From: Octopus sinensis
Lineage: Eukaryota
Assembly (NCBI RefSeq): GCF_006345805.1
Contig: NC_043006.1
Location: forward strand, 92,628,001-92,692,000
Reading direction: 5' to 3'
DNA length: 64,000 nt
The position numbers and the translations under genes were made by a program. Within the stretch, counting starts at the first letter, position 1; each line of letters begins with the position of its first letter. Below are positions 53,010 through 64,000 of this stretch, piece after piece. The notes beneath the pieces were generated by a model that saw nothing but the letters and a program-made list of their open reading frames with translations, did not search any database and was not told the origin of the DNA.

Positions 53010-53711
53010 TATATATATAGTTAGCTCCAAATGCACATACAAAAGGAAACCATGTGTATCTTGTTAATACTATCTGAAGATTTTATATCAGTTTTAGTGC
53101 AGCAATCTTTTAAAGATATATATTTCGAATAACTTTTCGTGTATATTCTATATTATATTCCTAATCAATACTTCTGTACGTCTAATGTGTGTGGAGCAGG
53201 ACCAAAGGGCACATGAAAACATCAGTCTAAATTAACACAAGTTTGGTGAAGAAACCAGACTTCGAAGGGGATTTTAAATTTCTATTACAGTAGCAACATT
53301 TTCCAGACTTGAACAAGAACACCTTATGGAAATCTTCACAGCTTAGATAATGAAACTGCCAAAGAGAAGATGAATGGGAAGCACGATAATGTAATTATAC
53401 TTTTGAAAAAGAGTTGTTTAATCTCAACCGTTCACGGTCCTCTGCAGGAGGATTTACAGTCTGCTACCTCCAGGAAGATGAAATCTCATTTCGTCTGTAT
53501 TCGCTAATTATGAAATTAAATAAAATTCACTTCAAACTTTTAATATTTGTTTTGCGAAAATTTATAGTAAGTCATTTTCATGAACTTCCTACCGAATATG
53601 TTACTATGGAAATATTCAAGTATTTCGATCTTTAGATTTAAGTGCAAATATATTTGAGAGGGAATATGGAAACAAAAGACTAACGTGTGGATATCTGTAT
53701 ATACGTCTGCG

Positions 53712-53796
<85 letters not shown>

Positions 53797-54184
53797 GCTT
53801 CTCTCCCTCTCTCTCTGTCTGTCTGCCTGTCTGTCCGTTCGTCTTTATATATATATATATCATACATGTCATTCCAATTTTGGGCTTATTAACCACACTA
53901 CGAAGAAATCATTATTGAGGTGAAATGTAAATTAACCTACGTTAACGACAAAGCATAGGTTAGTCAGGGCATGCGAGATGGCAACACCTAGTAGCTGTTG
54001 AAAAGGCACATTGCTATACATCGAGATATACTTTGGCAAACTGCTATTCTCATACGCAGCTTCGTGACTTTCACTCAACGAAAAGAACTTACAATGGCAA
54101 CGCGGAAAGCTTGATCACTTTAATAGTCAGTGGACTACTTCCAACGCGATGGAAAGGTCACTTCATATATGTATACGCGTATAC

Positions 54185-54223
<39 letters not shown>

Positions 54224-54235
54224 GTGTGTGTGTGT

Positions 54236-54278
<43 letters not shown>

Positions 54279-54289
54279 AGTAAGAATTT

Positions 54290-54455
54290 ACAAAAGAGAA
54301 AATAAAAGACGAAAACGGGTATGTAAACCCGTCATTTACTTTTCGAGCCTACGCTCTTCAACAGAAAGGAACGCAGAAATAAGCAGAGAGAGAAAATCAA
54401 AAAGGTTTAGTGGCTAGCGATCTATCATAGCCAATACCGGACAGAGGTGGTCTAT
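54290..54455 (-). mobile_element. pLTR fragment of the 14385 family
   Basis: The reverse complement reads cttt-CTGTTGA-AGAGCgtagGCTC-GAAA-AG-TA-aatg. Confidence 0.65.
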
Positions 54456-54479
54456 GATACACTTATTAACATTCCTCAA

Positions 54480-54665
54480 TGCAGCGAGCTGGCAGAGTGA
54501 CATTTTGTCCGTTTTTGTTCTCAGCTCAAATTCCGCCGAGGTCGACTTGGCATTTCATTCGTTCGGGGTCAATGAAATAAGTACCAGTTACACACTGGTG
54601 TTGATATAATCGACGTGCCCCTCCCCCAAGATTTCACACCCTCTGCTTTTAGTACAAAGGATTAT
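54480..54665 (+). mobile_element. SINE family B, internally deleted
   Basis: gcgagctggcaga..caaattccgccgaggtcgact..cggggtc..aataagtaccagtt. Confidence 0.8.
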
Positions 54666-57002
54666 TGAAATTGCTCAAATTTAAATATATGTGAAAATCC
54701 TATCTCCCTGTCACAGGATTTTCTGCTCCCGCATGTATCTGTGTGTATACACATTCAATCAATTAAAATTTTTCAAAAAACACCTTTCTATAACAACCAA
54801 CCATGTTGGTGCAAGTAATTGATTTAGTGTGTGTATACGAAAATATAACTATGTCCACATATGTTTATTAGTACATACGGCATATTTTGTGCTGTAGGAA
54901 TACATCGCACCAAAAACTCTCTGGAACACTATATATATTTACAAGTGGGTCCTTGTGCCCATACAAAACACGCGCTAATAATATTTCCTTTCTCTGATTG
55001 TAAGTAATCAACTGATTAACCATTTGGTCAGGTAACTACCTCCCTGCTTGATCAAGCCTTTGGCCAATCGGCGAGTCTTTCCAGAGTCCTTTTTGTCACC
55101 ATTCGCGGTATTCGCTACCCCAGCCGTTAGCGGTTGAAATAAATTCTTACGAAATAACTTCAGCATTTAAAGGATTTAACAAAGAACTCCAGAGAAATTC
55201 GATATGAGAACTATTCAACTAAATTATTCATCCCCAGTATATTCATATGTTAAATGGCCATAATATGCGAATTATTAAACAAACGGTTGATAAACTAACT
55301 TATATCTTCAAGCCGGCTGATTGCGCTTCACGCTTCTTCATACCTATTTTACATAAAATCATTATTTGCATATGAAAATAATTTTACAAGAACCATTTAA
55401 ATGATATGATGTAAATACATAAAACCGATTAAGTATGAAATATATTCAAAATGGAGAAATTTAAAAACAGAATTGCTAATGATCATACGGATAATATTGT
55501 GAAGAGTTAGATATTATTTTAAGCTTGAAGGTTCGTAAGCTGCCAATTTTAGTTAGTTAATGTCTGACTATAACCGTAGGATGGGTCTTGTCAGGCGTTC
55601 GCATAGGCGCAGCCAGAACTGTAACCAAATGGCTTCTGGCTCATTGTCAATGTGCGGCATATTGGGCGAATACATCTGCTATAGCTCCGGCCCAACCACC
55701 TTGTGAATAGATGTGGTGGAGAAGCTATATGTGTTTCTGTGTGTGCGTACGTGTGTATGTGTGTGTGTGTTTGTGCGCGCGTGCGTGTGTATGTGCGTGT
55801 GTGTTTGTGCGCGCACGTGTCTCTCCGACGGTTTGTTCGTATCCTTCCTCTTAACGTTAGCAGTTCGACAAGGGAAAGTGTGGAGTAAGTACTAGACTTG
55901 AAGAAATAAGATATGGGATCGATGTGTGCATCTAAAATATCCAAAATGTCAGACAGTGGCATCGAATCTGGTACCTCCTGGTTATGTAGCAGACTTCATG
56001 ATCACGTAGCCATACCCGACCAACATTATGCGTGTGTATGTATGTACACATACATACATGTATATATATGCTTGTATGCAATGTATGTGTATATTTAAAT
56101 GTGTTTGTGTATGAATGTGTTTGGCGAAGTGAGAGACTTGAAAGACAGAGAAATATATGTGCGAGTGTTCGATATAACTCTAGATTGAAAGACTTACCTT
56201 TATCTACTTCAAAACCCGATGCTCTGTGAAAATACTAGCTTTCATCTCTTTGCTGACACCCTACAAAGAATATAGCATAACCAGCAATCAAACAACTATT
56301 TCCGATTTACCAAATGGATATGTGTTTGATTGCATCTATAACTGTGTGTGCTTCAGATTTCGTTTCCTTCATGCTCAATTATATAAAAGCATACGATTCC
56401 CGTTTGGTTATGACGACAAGGAACCATTCAATCGTTCAACAGAATTACTTATTAATCATAAGAAACGTAGATGACGATACCACCGGCACATATTTGTACC
56501 CATAATTCCATGTTGAAGCATTATCTAGGCGGCACTCAATATATGTAACTGCACTGTACATTCAAGGTGACTGTCGGCATATTTACGTCTACCAGATTTC
56601 GTTGGCGCTCCTTGTGCTGACACTAAGCTCCATTTCCCCAAGTGCCACTCTTCAACACGAAGCAAATTTCTTAATCGTTTGGTGCTGCCAATGCATATAT
56701 CTTCATATAAATAAACTACGATTATATGACAACGCTTACTGTATCAGTCATGGCATTCTGTATGAACGCATTGTGCACAGGAAAGTGCGCGTAACAAGGG
56801 ATGGCTACTAACGTCATCTATTTTCGTTAGTGCTTCAAGGTGTTTATGACAAACCCTATTTAATGTCCATGTAATACAAACTGGCAATTGCATTTTGACA
56901 CATCATTGCAGCTAACTGAACAATATACTCATTGCATGATCTGTATCCGTTTGATTAGATTATTCAATTACACCTCCTCCACGACCACCACACACACATA
57001 CT

Positions 57003-57070
<68 letters not shown>

Positions 57071-57121
57071 ATATATATATAATATATATATATATATATA
57101 ATATATATATATATATATTAT

Positions 57122-57172
<51 letters not shown>

Positions 57173-58085
57173 TATATATATGCATGTATCTAATGCTATA
57201 CATTTCCAAATAGTGCGTGTTCCAAAGTGTTGTGTTTTGAGAATAGATATAATAAAAATGTAGCCGAAGAAATACAATCCTGCACCATTTCGGTAGTTAT
57301 TTTTATTGATGTAGCCTTCTGTATGTTGAGTTCCATAACCATTACTTCTCGTAGAAAGATCAATATTTAATCTATACGCCTTGATGGAGATTGTGAAAGT
57401 AGTAAAATCTCGATCTATATGGTACTTTTGTGTGCAGATCTTTCCTAACATATACCGAGTTCAAATCCTAAAGAGGTCGATATTGTTTTCATCTCTTCCA
57501 GGATCGATAAATTTCACGCCTATAATATATTGGGTTCGATTGAATCGCCTGTATCTCTTCCGTACATATATTGGCCTCCGCCCAGTCAAAAGGAATCAAT
57601 ATGGCATCACTTTATAAATTCCATAATAAATGTGGTATATCGAGATCGAGATTGTCCAAACAGACGTCTTGTAACATGAATATTTGATATATGAAATATA
57701 TTGCAACTGAATGTAGTGCAGTATTTGGCAACGTTTTTACAGCTGTCATTTATGTCAACAAATTATTATACAGAATTACCAACTGGCAAGTGAAAATAGA
57801 TAACACTAAGCATTTACTCAAGTATTAACATGCAAATATAAACACGGCACCAGAAATATCAGCGCATGATGGCCAGAATGTTTGGTGATCAAATAAAGTT
57901 TCCATTTCAATATGGAAAATATTTGAAACTTTACTGAATCTCTTACTTTAAAACCAAGAGATACAAATAACCTTTGATGAAAGCTCTATGAATTTAAATG
58001 CCTAGTATGATCATATATATATAAATAATGTATATATATTTATAAGTGAAGTGTGTGTATTTGTGTATATGTGAATATATGTGTG

Positions 58086-58158
<73 letters not shown>

Positions 58159-58204
58159 TATATAATATTATATATATATAATATAATATATATATATATA
58201 TATA

Positions 58205-58279
<75 letters not shown>

Positions 58280-58336
58280 TGTATATATATTTATAAGTGA
58301 AGTGTGTGTATTTGTGTATATGTGAATATATGTGTG

Positions 58337-58380
<44 letters not shown>

Positions 58381-59179
58381 CGCATGAACGTTTGTGCATG
58401 TGTGTGATTGTAATAAACGCTATATTCGTTCAGAGTAACGCATCAATTCGTGCTTGTTTCTAGTGAATAGAGAATGTATATTTCATTCGTTGTTAAATGG
58501 AATATTTACATAATATATTATATAACTATGCTATATCAATTTTAGATGAAATCAGCTGTGTAGAAACTCGATTTAATATCCGACTCTATGTACGGAGGCT
58601 GGCTGGCATTATTACATCCATACTCCCTAATTATGATACTACTATTACGACTACTGCAACCAGAATCATCATAAAAGTCAAAGATATGAATTTGAAATAG
58701 GAATGTTTTACTTGCTGCTGTCTCTGATTAAATTATATATCGGATACTTTATTTACTTTAAACATGTCCAAACATCCAACAGAAAATGACATTAATGGTT
58801 TTGCATAAAACCTGTTACTTAGTTTTAAAATATTTAAATATTTCTTTCATCAAATGCATTCCAATTCCATTAACGCTGACGACCAATTGCCATTTACCTC
58901 TCTGTCAATATGATGCATTCTTTTGATGTCCACTGTAAACAAGAAAGGACTTTGGCAGCAGCTGTGAAGATATAAGTGAAGGTTTATATTAGAATTGAAT
59001 TTGTTCTCGTCTAAATTTGTTTGCAGTGTTTCAGTTAGGTACGAACTTTGCAACTTTCATATACAGATCAAACAGACACACACAAGCAAAAGTTGTAAAC
59101 TATATCGGAAATAGAATAGTTCAGTAGATGCACGTGTCCGTATGTGCGTATATATCTGCACAAACACACACACACACAC

Positions 59180-59250
59180 ATATGTAAATATATATATATA
59201 TATATGCGTGTTTGTGTATACATGTATATACACACATCTACATGTATATA

Positions 59251-59332
<82 letters not shown>

Positions 59333-59497
59333 TATACGTATATATGAATATGTGTATCAGTGTATGTTTTATATGCATACATCTTTATATATATAAATAT
59401 GTATATATTGTATGTATATACATTTATATAAATATGTATATATATATATATGTATGTATACACATCTATATAAATATGTGTACATATATGTATATAC

Positions 59498-59539
<42 letters not shown>

Positions 59540-59697
59540 ATATATATATGTATATAGATATATATAATATGTATATATATATGTATATACATATATAGAA
59601 ATATATATATATGTATGTATATATATGTGTGTATATATATGTGTATATATGTGTATATATATGTGTATACGTATGTACATATATATATATATGTATG

Positions 59698-59734
<37 letters not shown>

Positions 59735-59830
59735 TGTATATATATATGTATGTATATATATGTATATATATATGGGTATATATATATGTATATATATATA
59801 TGTGTATATATATGTGTATATATATATACA
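59180..59830. repeat. Long degenerate (TA)n/(TG)n low-complexity tract
   Basis: Directly visible; it generates many spurious YI-rich ORFs. Confidence 0.95.
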
Positions 59831-60011
59831 TAGCGCAAACCAAGCACTGATGTTAACGTACGTTTGTTTTAGGCATAAACCCTTTATGCTATTGGCAGAT
59901 CATCAGATTCTCAGGTGTATCATTCCAGATTTGTGATTTAGAACTTAAAGAGAGGTAAAATGTCAGATTGTATGGAATGCAAACTGACTTAAATCCGTAA
60001 TGTTTATAAGA

Positions 60012-60227
60012 ATCTTTTCTACTCTAGGCTCCAGGCCCCAAATTTGGGGGGAGGGAGCCACTCGATTAGATCGACCCCAGTACGCAAATGGTACTTAATT
60101 TATCGACCCCGGAAAGATGAATGGTGGAGTCGACCTCGGCGGAATTTGAACTCAGAACGTAAAGAGAGACGAAATACCACTAAGTATTTCGCCTGGCGTG
60201 CTAACGTTTCTGCCAGCTCGCCGCCTT
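60012..60227 (-). mobile_element. SINE family B, monomeric full length
   Basis: Runs from head aaggcggcgagctggcagaaacg to tail ..ctagagtagaaaagat. Confidence 0.92.
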
Positions 60228-60303
60228 ATTATGAATATAAGAAAGCCAAAGTCCTGTTGAAAACGGTGGGAGTAAAGGCAAAATATTGAAATAAAGAAGC
60301 GAT

Positions 60304-61308
60304 AGGCGTAGGAGTGGCTGTGTGGTAAGTAGCTTGCTTACCAACCACATGGTTCCAGGTTCAGTTCCACTGCTTGGCAGGCACCTTGCACTAGTGTCTT
60401 CTACTATAACCTCGGGCCAACCAAAGCCTCGTGAATGGATTTGGGAGACGGAAACTGAATGAAGCCCGTCGTATATCCCGTCGTTCACCCGCGACGAGAC
60501 TTCTGCTGCTGTCTTTCTGGCCTGGCCCTCTCAAGGTAATGGACGGCAATTCTTTTTGCTCCGCTCGTCGTTCATAAAAAATTCCGCGTTCGCAATACTT
60601 TTTTCGTTCGGCGTTAACAGCCCTTCGTATCTTGTTTTTCCTTGTCCTGTCTTTTACTGTTTATAATTTGTACTGTCGTTACTGTCTTGTTTTTGTTACC
60701 ATTTTTTACACCTCTGCGAAAAGATCGCAGAATTTTAATTGATTTGCTTTTCGCAGGAAGGAAAGTTTCTTGTCGAAGATACGTCTCGCTTTTATCCTTC
60801 GAAACGTAGAGTAGATGAAACCATAGCGACTGAAGAAGGGGTTTTTTCTTTGTGTTAATTGTCCTGTACTCTATTTTTTTTGTTGTTTTAAAAAAATGTC
60901 CAGTTCCTTTGGTTTGTGTCTATGTCTTCGTTTCTGATTGTGTTCGACGTCCTTTTGGTGTCCTGTAATCATATATGCGTGTATATGTACATGTAGAGGT
61001 AGGTACGTACATATATGTTTATATATATGCATATGTTTTATTTTATTTATTAATATATATATATTTGTGTGTGTGTATGTTTGCGTGTTTGTGTTTGTCC
61101 TCACCCCCCCCCCAACATCACTTGGCAACCGATGCTGGTGCGTTTAAGTCCCCGTAACTAGCGGTTCGGCAAAAAGAGACCGATAGAATAAGTACCAGGC
61201 TTACAAAAAATAAGTCTTCGGGTCTATTTGCTCGACTAAAGGCGGTGCTCCAGCATGGCCACGGTCAAATGACTGAAACAACTAAAAGAGTAAAAGGGAG
61301 TAAAGAGT
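60304..61308 (+). mobile_element. SINE family A split by an insertion in its central microsatellite
   Basis: Head 60304-60476 and tail about 61060-61308 match 31969-32410. Confidence 0.92.
60477..60970 (+). mobile_element. Non-coding T-rich insertion, PLE-pLTR-like
   Basis: It interrupts the SINE at gtcgtatat, contains ccttc-GAAA-CG-TA and gaCTGAAGAagggg, and its T-rich tail runs into TA/TG repeats. Confidence 0.65.
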
Positions 61309-63136
61309 ATAGAAAAGCCGCAGTAACTATTTTCTATGTGTAGAAATATTAGAGTGGGAGGAAATGAATACCGCTTACATTCCCTCAGGCATAGACAACT
61401 ACACGCGCGCGCAACTCACACACGCGTGCATACACACGCAGAAACATATTTGTACACACATATATCGTCTGTGTACTTTTGTGCGTGCGCGCACGCGCGT
61501 GTGTGCATGTGTAGGACCACTACACGCAGTGATGGATCCTAAGCATAGGAAGCTCTCCTACTTGAAGGTGAGCAATATCAGGTCATGTTTTAAGTCATGT
61601 TTCAAGTCAGATAAAATGCGGTTATATGACAACGCTTACTGGATATCAAAGTATTTTGCATACTTTTGTTATTCTGTACAATTTCTGATAAGTGTCTTAA
61701 TTAGATAAAGTTTTTAAGGAAATATCCTAAATTCAACCAAACTGATAAAATAAATCTGCGGCTGTCCAATAAAATGGCTTCTGGACCAGGATTCGATTTC
61801 TTTTACGAAATTTTCTATGGGGAAAAGATCGTTAACGTCCAACATTAACAAGTAAACTTCCCTTCAGATGAAAGAATTAATTAATGAAAATACAAAAACA
61901 TAGTCAGAAATTTCTTCAAAGTATCCAGGAATTTAGAATTGAGAATCCTTACCATTAACTAAAAGACAGCCTTCACGTGTTCCTTTTAAAATCAAATATT
62001 AATGATTCATTAAACTAGATTCCAAGAATAACCGGGTCAGTCAGTTTCTCTTGGGTCACCGTGTTCTACAACAAGTCTTTGATGAAATTTACTCCGTTGA
62101 AAGGCCTACATTTCAGTTGGATGCAACTGGAACTTACAATGTACAGGATGCTTCCAGTGCTATATACATTTGGAAAGAATGTACTTTAGCTTGTACATAC
62201 TTATGGAATTTTTAATTTGACATAACCGAATATCTCCATGGAAAATTTGGTGCATTTATTGTCTCAAGGTGCCTCGTTTATTCTTGCATTCTTCCTATGT
62301 GATCGTTTGGTTATTTGTCCAATAATCTTGCGCATGGATAGTTGCGCTCATGTTCTATCAGGCTTCGATATTGCAACACAGCTCCAAAGCGATCCATTAA
62401 TTGTGTTTGTAGAGTGGAACCGCTTTGACTCTTCGGCAACGACTATAGAAATATTTTTCTGCCTTTCGATTATCAAAGATTTTGAAGTAAATTTATATCT
62501 TTTCAACAGTACCCAAGTTGTTCAAAAACAGAAATCCTGCTCCTGTTCGACGCATCATATTTATGGGAGAAAGGCATTTAGGGTTCAGCAAATATATGAA
62601 CAGAAGAAGAACAACAACAAACAAATAAAACCAAGCACAATACTCATCTATAGGTTGAAGGCGATATCCGACTTTGCTGACAACCAATCGATCTGGAATC
62701 GATCAGCTTGCCAATAAATACACGTGTATCATTATTATAAGATTTTATATTCTGTTAAATTTCGTGTGTATTTTGTATGTGTATTTGTGTTTATATGTAT
62801 GTGTGCTTATTTGTATCATATGTGTGTTTGTGTGTGTGTGTATGCGTGCGTATGTTTGTACTTGTGTAATGTGAGTGTGACTGAAAGACTAAGACGTTCG
62901 TTGCCCAAATCACGAGTTCCTAGGTTCGAACCCACTGCGTGGCATCATGTATCAATGTTTCACGTCTACATATTTGTGCGTGTTTGTGTACATACACGCA
63001 CATACACACACACACACACACACACATAAGCACACAAACAGACTCACACACACACAGGTACACACGCATATATGCGTCTGTGTACATATACGTATATTTA
63101 GACAACTGCGTACATATATATGTGTATATATATATA

Positions 63137-63340
63137 CTTTTATTCTTGTACTTGTTTCAATCATTTGACTGCGGCCATGCTGGAGCACCGCCTTTAGTCG
63201 AGCAAATTGACTCCAGGACTTATTCTTTGGTTTGTAAGCCTAGTACTTATTCTATCACACTCTTATGCCAAATCGCTAAGTTATGAAGGCGTAAGCATCG
63301 GTTGTCAAGTAATGTTGGGGGGGACAAACACACACACAAA

Positions 63341-63408
<68 letters not shown>

Positions 63409-63576
63409 CATATATACGGCGGGATTCTTTCAGTTTCCGTCTACCAAATCTACTCGCAAGGCTTTGATCAGCCAGAGGCTATAGCAGAAGACACTTCCCC
63501 AAGGTGCCACGCTGTGGGACGAACCCAGAACCATGTGGTTGGTAAGCAAGCTACTTATCACACAACCACTCCTGCG

Positions 63577-63579
<3 letters not shown>
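63137..63579 (-). mobile_element. SINE family A, full length
   Basis: The reverse complement matches 31969-32410. Confidence 0.93.
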
Positions 63580-63650
<71 letters not shown>

Positions 63651-64000
63651 GTACGCGGTTGTTTAATTTTATATATATGAAGACATACATGTGTATGTGC
63701 ATAACCGCATGTGTCTTCATATTACACTATGAAATAATGCGTGGATTATTATGGATTATTTACAGACGAATAAAATACGAATGCACAACTGCGAATAGAG
63801 TCTCAAAAACGGTAAAATGTTCCTTTCTTTCAATTTAAAATTTAATAATTTTCATTATATTGAGTCAATATCAACATCATAGTCTTTTTATGTTTTTCTT
63901 AAAAACCAAAACCGCATTTTATTGAATGTAACGTAAATATTTTATTCTTTGTTGGAAGTGTGGTATTTTATTTCATTATTTGTGTATTAGCACATAGATT

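Noticed and set aside
56745-56856. Minus-strand peptide VCHKHLEAL..HPLLRALSCAQC resembling an ADD zinc finger
   Set aside because: The first Cys is missing and an in-frame stop precedes the donor; this is probably chance.
58018-58378. Direct duplication of about 75 bp separated by (TA)n
   Set aside because: Slippage or an assembly artefact in a TA tract is the simpler explanation.
59850-59910. Minus-strand CTGATGA..hairpin..CAAACGTACGTT hammerhead-like motif; also CTGATGA at about 1031 and 33756
   Set aside because: GAAA or stems I/II are missing, so they cannot be called.
59057-59936. Numerous long ORFs rich in YI, CV or HT dipeptides, here and throughout the window
   Set aside because: They are translations of TA, TG and CA microsatellites, which lack stop codons.
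62238-62717. 159-aa non-repetitive ORF
   Set aside because: No recognisable domain or splice context; it is more likely an incidental open frame in a decayed element.

Overview
This is AT-rich, repeat-saturated eukaryotic DNA. Its tRNA-derived SINE families and very abundant (TA)n, (CA)n, (TATC)n and (TATG)n microsatellites suggest an octopus or other cephalopod genome (inference from recalled families, not a search). I found no intact host gene; nearly all ORFs in the track are microsatellite or SINE translations. The window holds: a decayed DD34E Tc1 element whose transposase carries a spliceosomal-type intron; two internally deleted mariner elements; RLE-type (R4/Dong-like) non-LTR retrotransposons, including a 2.6 kb copy in (TAA)n that splits a CR1-like LINE and a stack of three 3' ends in (TACA)n; RTE and CR1 fragments; and many SINEs, one expanded into a 183-bp tandem array. 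The most notable signal is a set of short, non-coding, Penelope-like or retrozyme-like elements. They carry hammerhead ribozyme motifs (two with intact cores, about ten degenerate), show partial-tandem plus inverted-end architecture, and often sit in TA tracts, including the internal microsatellite of one SINE family. One such repeat is physically linked to a Neptune-type GIY-YIG endonuclease remnant. All calls were made by eye, and boundaries of decayed elements are approximate.
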